Under the pieces are notes generated by a model. The model was given only the letters and a program-made list of their open reading frames with translations, made no database searches and was not told where the DNA came from. Made by a program: the position numbers and the translations under genes. 32,000 bases of DNA from Alkalilimnicola ehrlichii MLHE-1. Its GTDB lineage: Bacteria; Pseudomonadota; Gammaproteobacteria; Nitrococcales; Halorhodospiraceae. The stretch is from positions 330,001-362,000 of the forward strand of contig NC_008340.1 of the NCBI RefSeq assembly GCF_000014785.1, written 5' to 3'. Positions 24,702 to 32,000 of the stretch are shown piece after piece (positions within the stretch are counted from its first letter, which is position 1; every line of letters begins with the position of its first letter).

Positions 24702-26462
24702 TCACTCGGCTTCACGCGCCTCGCGCTCGGCGAGGCGCTTGAGTTCCTCCGGGTTGCGGAATAGGCGCACCGCCTCCAGCAGGATCCAGATGGCAAAGCC
24801 CAGGATGATGGCGCCGAGGATGAAGAGCAGCCACTGGGCATCGGCCTCACCGAGACCGGACCAAGTGAAGACCACCTGCTGGATCATGGCCCAGACGGTC
24901 ATGGTCAGCAGGAAGACCATGGGTACCAGGGTCGGCAGCGGGCTACGGCCCTGGCGGTAGAGCCAGAGCGAGATCAGCATCAGGGTGATGCCGGCCAGCA
25001 GCTGGTTGGAGGTGCCGAACAGCGGCCAGAGCAGGAAGCCGCCGGAGCCGAGGCCGCGGCCCCCGTCCGGCAGCAGGACCAGCAGGGCGGTCAGGAACAC
25101 GGCGATGAAGGTGGCCACGTAGCGCTGGGAGAGCTTAGGCGCGCCGTACTCCACCCCCAGCTCGCCGATGATGTAGCGCAGGAGGCGCACCGCGGAGTCG
25201 AGGGTGGTGGCGGCGAAGCTGACGATAATAATGGCCACGATGGTCTGGCCCACGGCCGCCGGGATGCCCAGCCCGGAGATCAGCTCTCCGGCGCCGCCGA
25301 CGAAGTTGCCCACCCCACCGGCGCCGGCGGCGGCGAAGCTGGAGTAGGCCTCGTGGAAGTCCGTGGTGCTGGCGAAGAAGGTGGCCACCGCCAGAATGGT
25401 GATCAACGCCAGTGTGCCCTCGCCCACGGCGCCCAGATAGCCAATGGTACGGGCATCGGTCTCCTTATTGAGCTGCTTGGACGAGGTCCCCGAGGCCACC
25501 AGCCCGTGGAAGCCGGAGATGGCGCCGCAGGCGATGGTGATGAACAGCAGCGGGAACCAGGACGTGGTGGCCTCGCTGTTGAAGGCGGGGGCGGTGACGG
25601 TGGGCGCGGCGACCAGCAGACCGCCGTAGAGCAGCAGCAGACCCACCACCAGCTGTTGGGCGTTGATGTAGTCGCGCGGCTGCAGCAGCTTCCAGACTGG
25701 CAGCGTGCTGGCGACGAAGACGTAGGCCAGCAGGATCAGGATCCAGATCAGGAACGATGCCCCCACGGCGTCCAGACCGAACATGACGTTGGTGGCCTGT
25801 TCGCCCCCCATCCAGCCCACCAGGTCGATCTGCAGCGCCGGCACGTAGGTCGCGACCACTGCCGCGCCGTACATTACCGCCAGCGCGACCAGTGAGGGGA
25901 TAAGCATGTTGCCCTTACGGCGCAGCACCGCGTACCCGATCCAGATGGCCAGCGGGATCTGAATGAAGACCGAGAGCACGGCTGCCGGGTTGCTGATGAA
26001 CAGGTTGGCGATGACCCAGGCGAAGACCGCGTTCACCATCAGCACGAGGATCAGGATGATAAACAGGAACAACAGCTTGGCCCGCCGCCCCACCAGCCGA
26101 TTGGCCAGGGTGCCGATGGACTGCCCCTTATGCCGCGCCGACAGCACCAGGGCACCGAAATCGTGTACCCCGGCGGCGAACACCGTGCCCAGCACCACCC
26201 AGAGCATGGCCGGCAGCCAGCCCCAGTACATGGCGATGGCCGGCCCTACGATGGGAGCGGCGCCGGCCACGGAGGTGAAGTGGTGGCCCCAGAGCACCCA
26301 TTTATTGGTGGGGACGAAGTCCACCCCGTCGTTGTAGCGGTTGGCCGGCGTGATGAAATTGGGATCGAGCCGGTAGATGCGCTCGGCCAGGAACTTGGAG
26401 TAGTAACGCCAGCCAAGGATGTAGATCAGGCCGGCAATAAAGGCAAGCCAAACTGCGTTCAT
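24702..26462 (-). CDS. cstA: Carbon starvation protein CstA family (peptide/pyruvate transporter)
   Basis: ILGWRYYSKFLAERIYRLD, NRYNDGVDFVPTNKWVLWGHHFTSVAGAAPIVGPAIAMYWGWLPAMLWVVLGTVFAAGVHDF, AFHGLVASGTSSKQ-type motif (ISGFHGLVASGTSSKQL). Confidence 0.94.
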   Translation of the reverse strand: MNAVWLAFIAGLIYILGWRYYSKFLAERIYRLDPNFITPANRYNDGVDFVPTNKWVLWGHHFTSVAGAAPIVGPAIAMYWGWLPAMLWVVLGTVFAAGVHDFGALVLSARHKGQSIGTLANRLVGRRAKLLFLFIILILVLMVNAVFAWVIANLFISNPAAVLSVFIQIPLAIWIGYAVLRRKGNMLIPSLVALAVMYGAAVVATYVPALQIDLVGWMGGEQATNVMFGLDAVGASFLIWILILLAYVFVASTLPVWKLLQPRDYINAQQLVVGLLLLYGGLLVAAPTVTAPAFNSEATTSWFPLLFITIACGAISGFHGLVASGTSSKQLNKETDARTIGYLGAVGEGTLALITILAVATFFASTTDFHEAYSSFAAAGAGGVGNFVGGAGELISGLGIPAAVGQTIVAIIIVSFAATTLDSAVRLLRYIIGELGVEYGAPKLSQRYVATFIAVFLTALLVLLPDGGRGLGSGGFLLWPLFGTSNQLLAGITLMLISLWLYRQGRSPLPTLVPMVFLLTMTVWAMIQQVVFTWSGLGEADAQWLLFILGAIILGFAIWILLEAVRLFRNPEELKRLAEREAREAE

Positions 26463-26711
26463 GATCGTCGTCTCCCAGTGGGGGCTTATCCGTTTCTGGA
26501 CTATGGTTGTTGGAATCGTTGTTCAGGGACGGTTCTTGTCTAAAGTGGAGCCGTCTATGCTGCAATATGGAAGACCATTGCGCGGTATTACCTTATATGG
26601 TCAAACCAGTTCGTGTAAATTGTAGGTGCGTCGCCCGGGTGATTGTAGAATCATGCTGCAGCTCGGAAGCGGCCTTCGCATTATTCAATGACTGACGAGG
26701 AGGGTGTAACT

Positions 26712-27152
26712 ATGGGCTCGATTGTCGTGGGGGTGGACGGCTCTGAAGGGTCCCGCCGTGCCCTGCTGGCTGCCCTGGAGGAGGCGCGGTTGCGTAAGTT
26801 GCCGCTGCGGACCGTCTACGTGCTGGATCGCCGGTACCTGGATCCGGAGTGGGGTGTGTTGGTGGCGCCGCCCATCAAAGAGCTGGAGAAAGAGGCCCGG
26901 GGTATTCTGGAGAAGCTCGTGGCCTCGGTGGCCGATCAGGCCAAGGGCGTGGACGTGCAACAGGAGGTGGTGTTGGCCGAGAAGCACGGTACCGCGCGCA
27001 CCCTCTTGGACCACGCCTCGGACGCCGAACTGTTGGTGGTGGGGAGCCGCGGCCACGGTGGCTTCGCCGGCCTGTTGTTGGGCTCGGTGAGCCATCAGGT
27101 CCTGCAGTTTGCCGACTGTCCAGTGCTGGTGGTGCCGCGCGGCGCACATTGA
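26712..27152 (+). CDS. Universal stress protein (UspA family)
   Basis: MGSIVVGVDGSEGSRRALLAAL ... LLVVGSRGHGGFAGLLLGSVSHQVLQFADCPVLVVP, with a GAGGAG RBS. Confidence 0.93.
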   Translation: MGSIVVGVDGSEGSRRALLAALEEARLRKLPLRTVYVLDRRYLDPEWGVLVAPPIKELEKEARGILEKLVASVADQAKGVDVQQEVVLAEKHGTARTLLDHASDAELLVVGSRGHGGFAGLLLGSVSHQVLQFADCPVLVVPRGAH

Positions 27153-27200
27153 TGCCCAGCCCGCCCTCGCCCCGGCCTGCTCGGGGTGGGGGGCTTTGGG

Positions 27201-28139
27201 TTAGTACTGCAGTTGTTTGCTGATCTGGATGGCCGTGGCCAGTGCCCGGCGACCGGCGTGGCCGTCCACCAGCGGCGTTCGCCCCTCCCGGATACATGCC
27301 GTGAAGTCGCGGATCTCCGCCATCAGGGCGTCGCCATCCTCGAACACCGACTCCTCGCTGATGATCTCCGGTATGCCCGGGAACATCTCCCGGTCACCGG
27401 GCCGGTGGTGGGTCAACACCCGGTTCTGGAAGTCCACGGAGACATAGCCGTGGGGCAGGAAGAGCCGCACCTTGCGCTCCACCTTCATGCTGACCCGGCT
27501 GGCGGTGACGTTGGCCACGCAGCCCCCGGGGAACTGCAGCCGGGCATTGGCGATGTCGGTGTCCTGGGTGAGCACCGGCACGCCCTTGGCATCGATCCGC
27601 TCCGGCGTCTCGTTGACCAGCGAGAGAATGATGTCGATGTCGTGGATCATCAGATCGAGGACCACGCTGACATCCGTGGCCCGCGGCTTGAACGGTGCCA
27701 GTCGGTGGCATTCGATGAACCGGGGCGGCTTGTTCTTCATGTCCAGGTCCATCAGCGCCGCATTGAACCGCTCCAGGTGCCCCACCTGGAGCAGGGCACC
27801 GTGCCGGTGGGCCAGTTCAATCAACTCGTCGGCCTCATCCAGGGTGGTGGTGATGGGCTTTTCCACCAGCACGTGGACCCCGGCGGAGAGCAGGTCCCGG
27901 GTGATCCGGTAGTGCAGCGACGTGGGTGCCGCCACGCTGACGGCGTCGACCTGGCCCAGCAGCGCCCGATGGTCGTCCAGCAGCGGTACGCCATGCTTGT
28001 CGGCCACCGCCCGGCCGGCGGCCTCGTCCACGTCCACCACGGCCACCAACTCACAGTCCGGCAGAGCGGCGTATTTGTCGGCGTGAAACCGCCCCAAGTG
28101 CCCGGTTCCGACCACGGCACAGCGCAGCTTGCCCGTCAT
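27201..28139 (-). CDS. Gfo/Idh/MocA family oxidoreductase
   Basis: RCAVVGTGHLGRFHADKYAAL, VAAPTSLHYRITRDLLSAGVHVLVEKPITTTLDEADELIELA. Confidence 0.9.
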   Translation of the reverse strand: MTGKLRCAVVGTGHLGRFHADKYAALPDCELVAVVDVDEAAGRAVADKHGVPLLDDHRALLGQVDAVSVAAPTSLHYRITRDLLSAGVHVLVEKPITTTLDEADELIELAHRHGALLQVGHLERFNAALMDLDMKNKPPRFIECHRLAPFKPRATDVSVVLDLMIHDIDIILSLVNETPERIDAKGVPVLTQDTDIANARLQFPGGCVANVTASRVSMKVERKVRLFLPHGYVSVDFQNRVLTHHRPGDREMFPGIPEIISEESVFEDGDALMAEIRDFTACIREGRTPLVDGHAGRRALATAIQISKQLQY

Positions 28140-28216
28140 CGCGGCTCCCTATGTTTGAAAGGTTGATAGGGCCGTCAGTATACCGGGACATCGGCCCCGC
28201 CGCAGGCCGTGTCGGG

Positions 28217-29479
28217 CTAGCCTGTGCGCTTGACCGCCTTTAACCCCTGGCGGTCCTCACCATCCAGAGCGGCCAGGCGGTCCTCCGCCTCGCTGATGTA
28301 ATCGCGGGTCAGGGGCACGGCCCGGCGGTCGCGGCTGAGCTGGATCTGGAAGACCATATGATCGAGGTGGCGGAAGGCCGCCTCGCTGGCCAGCAGGTAA
28401 TACTCCCACATGCGGCAGAAGCGCTCGTCATAGAGCGCTTTGATGCGCTCGCGGTTGGCGACGAAGCGGTCGTGCCAGGCGCGAAGGGTTTCAGCGTAGT
28501 GCAGGCGGAGGATCTCCACATCGGTGACCCAAAGGCGGGACTTCTCCACGGCCCGTAGCACCTCCGAGAGTGCCGGGCAGTAGCCGCCCGGAAAGATGTA
28601 CTTGGCGATCCAGGGGTTGGTGCGCGCCGGCGGGCTTATGCGGCCGATGGCGTGGATCAGGGCGATGCCGTCCGGTTTCAGCAGCCGGCGCAGATGGCCG
28701 AAGAACTCGCGGTAGTGGGTGACGCCGACATGCTCGAACATGCCCACCGAGACAATCCGGTCGTAGGGACCCTGGCGTTCGCGGTAATCCTGAAGCTCGA
28801 AGGCGACGCGATCATCCAGTCCGGCCTCCTGCGCCCGCGCCCGGGCGACCCGCAGTTGCTCGGTGGAGAGTGTGACCCCGGTGACGTTGACCGGGGCATA
28901 GCGGGCTAGCGACAGTCCCATGCCGCCCCAGCCGCTGCCGATATCCAGCACCTCTTGGCCCGGTTCCAGGCAAAGCTTGGCGGCGATGTGCCGCTTCTTC
29001 TTCTGCTGCGCGGTTTCCAGGCTTTCGTCGCCATTCTGGAAGTAGGCGCAGGAGTACTGCCGGTCCTCGTCCAGAAAGAGGTCGAACAGCTCGTCCGAGA
29101 GGTCGTAATGGTGGGCGACATTTCGCCGCGCCCGCCCCAGCGGGTTAAACTGGGCCAGATAGCGCAGTGGGCGTAACAACCGGCGTTGCACTTGGTGCCA
29201 GCGGGTTTGCTCCAGCTCCCGCAGGGCCCGGCAGGCGATGGCCAGGAGGTCGCGCAGGGTGCCCTCCTCGAGCTGGATGCGTTGGTCCATCCAGGCCTCA
29301 CCCAGTTCCAGGTCCGGTCGCACGCCGAGCCGGCGGACGGTCCGCCAGTCGTTGATGCGCAGGGTGACCTTCGGGGGGGCTCCGGGGCCGAATGTACGTT
29401 GCCGGCCATCCGGGAGGATGACCTTGAGCCGTCCCTCGGTCACAATGCGGTTCAACAGGTGTGCCAAAAGCATCGCCAC
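28217..29479 (-). CDS. cfa: Cyclopropane-fatty-acyl-phospholipid synthase family methyltransferase
   Basis: NVAHHYDLSDELFDLFLDEDRQYSCAYF, VLDIGSGWGGMGLSLARY, VTGVTLSTEQLRVARARA, SVGMFEHVG, KYIFPGGYCPAL. Confidence 0.92.
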   Translation of the reverse strand: MAMLLAHLLNRIVTEGRLKVILPDGRQRTFGPGAPPKVTLRINDWRTVRRLGVRPDLELGEAWMDQRIQLEEGTLRDLLAIACRALRELEQTRWHQVQRRLLRPLRYLAQFNPLGRARRNVAHHYDLSDELFDLFLDEDRQYSCAYFQNGDESLETAQQKKKRHIAAKLCLEPGQEVLDIGSGWGGMGLSLARYAPVNVTGVTLSTEQLRVARARAQEAGLDDRVAFELQDYRERQGPYDRIVSVGMFEHVGVTHYREFFGHLRRLLKPDGIALIHAIGRISPPARTNPWIAKYIFPGGYCPALSEVLRAVEKSRLWVTDVEILRLHYAETLRAWHDRFVANRERIKALYDERFCRMWEYYLLASEAAFRHLDHMVFQIQLSRDRRAVPLTRDYISEAEDRLAALDGEDRQGLKAVKRTG

Positions 29480-29575
29480 CTCCTTCGGCGGCCGGAGGCC
29501 TCCGGCCTGGTACCGCCGGCCGGCTGTCGGTTGTCAACTCAATCTGTTATTCAGGATAGATTCATTTCGTCGGTA

Positions 29576-30466
29576 ATGCCGATACACAATCCGGGAGTGC
29601 CTGTGACGAACTCACCCTATATTGTTGATATCACCATGGATAACTTCCAGTCGGAGGTGCTGGAAGGGTCCATGCAGCAGCCTGTCCTGGTGGACTTCTG
29701 GGCCGAGTGGTGTGAGCCCTGCAAGACGTTGATGCCCCTGCTGGAAAAGTTGGCGGAGGAGTTCCGCGGCGCGTTCCGGCTGGCGCGGGTCAACTGCGAC
29801 GAGCAGCAGGCCATCGCCGCCCAAGTGGGGGTCCGCAGCCTGCCCACAGTCATCCTGGTATCACAGGGCCAGGTGCTGGATCAGTTCACCGGTGCCCTGC
29901 CGGAGGGGGAACTGCGCCGCTTTCTCGAGCAGCATGTAGAACCGCCGCAGGCCGATCCCCTGGAGCAGGCGCGCGAGCACTTGGCCGCCGGCGAGCCGCA
30001 GGCCGCCGTGCCCCTGCTGGAGGCGCTGCACGGGCAACGCCCGGACGACCAGGACGTGGCCCTGGAGCTGGCCCACGCGCTGATGCAGGCCGGGGAGCCG
30101 GATCGGGCCGAGGCCATCGTCGCGGAACTCCCCGATGAGGCCCGGCACGACCCGCGTTGCAAGGGCATCAAGGCCCGGCGGGCCTTCGCCGAGCAATTGG
30201 CTGATCTGCCCGGGCGTGAGGCCCTGGCCGCCCGTGTGGAGCAGGACCCGCGCGACAGCGAGGCCCGCCACGGCCTGGCCCTGCACCAGGTACTGGCCGG
30301 CGAGCACGACGCCGCCCTGGAGAACCTGCTCTGGATCGTTCGCCACGACCGGGCTTGGGACAACGACCGCGGTCGGCAGACGTTGTTGGCGGTCTTTGAT
30401 CTGCTCGGCGCCGACGACCCGCTGGTGCGTCAGTACCGCAGCCGGTTGTTCCAGAGCCTGTATTGA
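29576..30466 (+). CDS. Thioredoxin-domain protein with TPR-like C-terminus (YbbN/CnoX-like)
   Basis: VLVDFWAEWCEPCKTLMPLLEKLAEEF and VRSLPTVIL, followed by TPR-like repeats (DPLEQAREHLAAGEPQAAVPLLEALHGQRPDDQDVALELAHALMQAGEPDRAEAIV). Active site CEPC, not CGPC. Confidence 0.88.
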   Translation: MPIHNPGVPVTNSPYIVDITMDNFQSEVLEGSMQQPVLVDFWAEWCEPCKTLMPLLEKLAEEFRGAFRLARVNCDEQQAIAAQVGVRSLPTVILVSQGQVLDQFTGALPEGELRRFLEQHVEPPQADPLEQAREHLAAGEPQAAVPLLEALHGQRPDDQDVALELAHALMQAGEPDRAEAIVAELPDEARHDPRCKGIKARRAFAEQLADLPGREALAARVEQDPRDSEARHGLALHQVLAGEHDAALENLLWIVRHDRAWDNDRGRQTLLAVFDLLGADDPLVRQYRSRLFQSLY

Positions 30467-30590
30467 CTCCGGTGACGGGGCCCGCGACGTTCTGCCAGGC
30501 ACCCGGCTTTGTACCGGCCGGCCCAATGGCGGTATTCTGTTGTGCAGATTTCATGCGGGCCGCGCGGCCGGCCGCCAGCGGGGTATCCAG

Positions 30591-31379
30591 ATGGCGCAAT
30601 GGCAGGGAGAACGGGTAGTGCAATTGGCAGGGTCGAGAGGCGCCTGTAGCGACTGCTCCCTGTTCAACCTTTGCCTCCCCAAGGGGCTGGACAACGAACA
30701 TGTCCAGCGTCTGGATGTGATCCTTCAGCGCCAGCGCCCGCTGGCCCGGGGGGATGTGCTCTACCGGGAGGGGGACGAGTTTCGCACCGTCTACGCGGTG
30801 CGGGCCGGGTCGCTTAAGACCTATACCATCTCCCGCGAGGGTGAGGAGCAGGTCACCGGCTTCCATATGCCTGGGGAGATGCTGGGGCTGGACGCGGTCA
30901 GTCTGGGGGCGCACCCCTGCGAGGCCAAGGCCCTGGAGACCTCCAGCATATGTGAACTGCCCTTCCACGAGTTGGAAGAGCTGGCCCGGGCCATTCCGGC
31001 GCTCCAGCGTCAGTTGCTGCGCTTGATGAGCAAGGAGATCTTCCAGGACCACGAAATGCTCCATGCACTGGCACGCCGTAACGCCGAGGAGCGCCTGGCC
31101 ATCCTGCTGCTGAACTTCTCCCATCGTTTTGCCCGTCGCGGGCTCTCCGCTACGCGTTTCCGCTTGCCCATGTCCCGCAGTGACCTGAGCAATTACCTCG
31201 GCCTGGCCCCCGAGACCATGAGTCGCCTGTTCAAGCGTTTCCAGGGGCAGGGCTGGCTGCACAGCCGCGGTAAGGAAATCACCCTCAAGGACATGGCCAG
31301 TCTGGAGCGCCTGGCCGGGCATTGCCAGGAGCGCCCCTGTGATCGGCCCGATCTGTCCCGCCCCTCAGGTGGCGGGTAG
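30591..31379 (+). CDS. fnr: FNR-type CRP/FNR family transcriptional regulator with 4Fe-4S cysteines
   Basis: N-terminal CSDCSLFNLC (CxxCx5C) plus GAHPCEA as the fourth Cys, cNMP-binding-type core, and recognition helix MSRSDLSNYLGLAPETMSRLFKRFQ (ExxSR). Confidence 0.88.
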   Translation: MAQWQGERVVQLAGSRGACSDCSLFNLCLPKGLDNEHVQRLDVILQRQRPLARGDVLYREGDEFRTVYAVRAGSLKTYTISREGEEQVTGFHMPGEMLGLDAVSLGAHPCEAKALETSSICELPFHELEELARAIPALQRQLLRLMSKEIFQDHEMLHALARRNAEERLAILLLNFSHRFARRGLSATRFRLPMSRSDLSNYLGLAPETMSRLFKRFQGQGWLHSRGKEITLKDMASLERLAGHCQERPCDRPDLSRPSGGG

Positions 31380-31453
31380 CGGGCGGGCACCCACGTAATG
31401 AGGCCGCGGGCGAGAACGCCACGCGGCCCCGGTTTACAGCAGGCAGGCCCCGC

Positions 31454-31906
31454 TTACTCCGACTTGACTTCAATGCGCTGCGCCGGTGGTGCCACCTTCT
31501 TGGGGACGGTGATCTCCAGCACCCCGTTGCGCGAGCGCGCCGCGATGTTGTCCGCGTCCACCGACTCGGGGAGTGCGAACCGGCGGTAGAAGGTGCCGCG
31601 GGCCCGCTCGACACGTTTCCACCCCTCTTCGCTCTCGGTGCTCTCGGACTCGCGGGAGCCCTTAATGGAAAGCACCCCCTGATCCATGCTGATCTCGATA
31701 TCCTCCGGGGCCACCCCGGGCAGATCGGCATGGATGTGGTACGCCTTGTCGTCCTCGGAGATATCCACCGCCGGCAGCCACTGGCCGGCCGACTCGGCAT
31801 TCTCGCCCTCGCCGGCGGTAATCATCCCGCGTTGTCCGAACATCCGGTCCAGGTCGGTCTGGATCTGGCGCAGGGTGGACCACGGGTCATAGCGCATGAT
31901 GGCCAT
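31454..31906 (-). CDS. Hsp20/alpha-crystallin small heat-shock protein
   Basis: RYDPWSTLRQIQTDLDRMF, LPAVDISEDDKAYHIHADLPGVAPEDIEISMDQGVLSIKGSRE, RRFALPESVDADNIAARSRNGVLEITVPK. AGGAGG lies 8 nt before the ATG at 31906. Confidence 0.94.
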   Translation of the reverse strand: MAIMRYDPWSTLRQIQTDLDRMFGQRGMITAGEGENAESAGQWLPAVDISEDDKAYHIHADLPGVAPEDIEISMDQGVLSIKGSRESESTESEEGWKRVERARGTFYRRFALPESVDADNIAARSRNGVLEITVPKKVAPPAQRIEVKSE

Positions 31907-31969
31907 ATCCATCACCTCCTAAATTCAGGTCATTACCATGGTGTCCCCAGGGCGTCGCCCTCATTCCTG

Positions 31970-31998
31970 TAGATAGGGTGGCGCGGCCGTTTTTCAAG
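31970..31998 (-). promoter_or_regulatory. Sigma-32 (RpoH)-type heat-shock promoter of hsp20
   Basis: The minus strand reads CTTGAAA-N13-CCCTATCTA, near the sigma-32 consensus CTTGAAA-N11-16-CCCCATnT, upstream of the hsp20 gene. Confidence 0.8.
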
Positions 31999-32000
31999 TG

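Noticed and set aside
26463-26711. Sigma-70 promoters in the AT-richer cstA/uspA divergent region
   Set aside because: Several -10-like sequences (e.g. TAGAAT, TATATG) exist, but I could not pair them with well-spaced -35 boxes confidently.
27153-27200. Possible terminator (CCCCG-N7-CGGGG) after uspA
   Set aside because: Short stem with G-T mismatches and no U tract; too weak to list as a feature.

Overview
This is a high-GC chromosomal window, probably from a halophilic gammaproteobacterium of Ectothiorhodospiraceae/Halorhodospira type (inferred from gene content and acidic proteins, not proven). Most of it is ordinary housekeeping and respiratory content: a 5'-truncated ugd, pgi, a DUF815-type AAA ATPase, bioD, an aa3-type cytochrome oxidase and heme A cluster (coxB-coxA-small ORF-ctaG-coxC, DUF2909, SURF1, SCO-like, ctaA, cyoE/ctaB), a gamma-glutamylcyclotransferase-like protein, DUF2845, an MlaA lipoprotein, a beta-propeller-like membrane protein, an FAD-linked oxidase, a cardiolipin synthase-type PLD protein, a BCCT transporter, a Fur/Irr-like regulator, an NYN/LabA-like protein, an ArsA-family ATPase, a small 'cory-CC-star'-like protein, cstA, uspA, a Gfo/Idh/MocA oxidoreductase, cfa, a YbbN-like thioredoxin, an FNR-type regulator and hsp20. 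The least explained signals are: (1) an 11-copy tandem array of a ~96-bp internally palindromic unit (3984-5030, degenerate tail to about 5095) in the divergent intergenic region between the ATPase and bioD; (2) an adjacent array of 7.5 perfect 8-bp repeats upstream of the ATPase; (3) the cstA / CC-terminal small protein / cysteine-free ArsA-like ATPase gene set, with a perfect 10-bp hairpin after cstA and a convergent NYN-plus-possible-OB-fold protein; and (4) a strong sigma-32-type promoter in front of hsp20. I found no CRISPR array, transposon, prophage, rRNA or tRNA.
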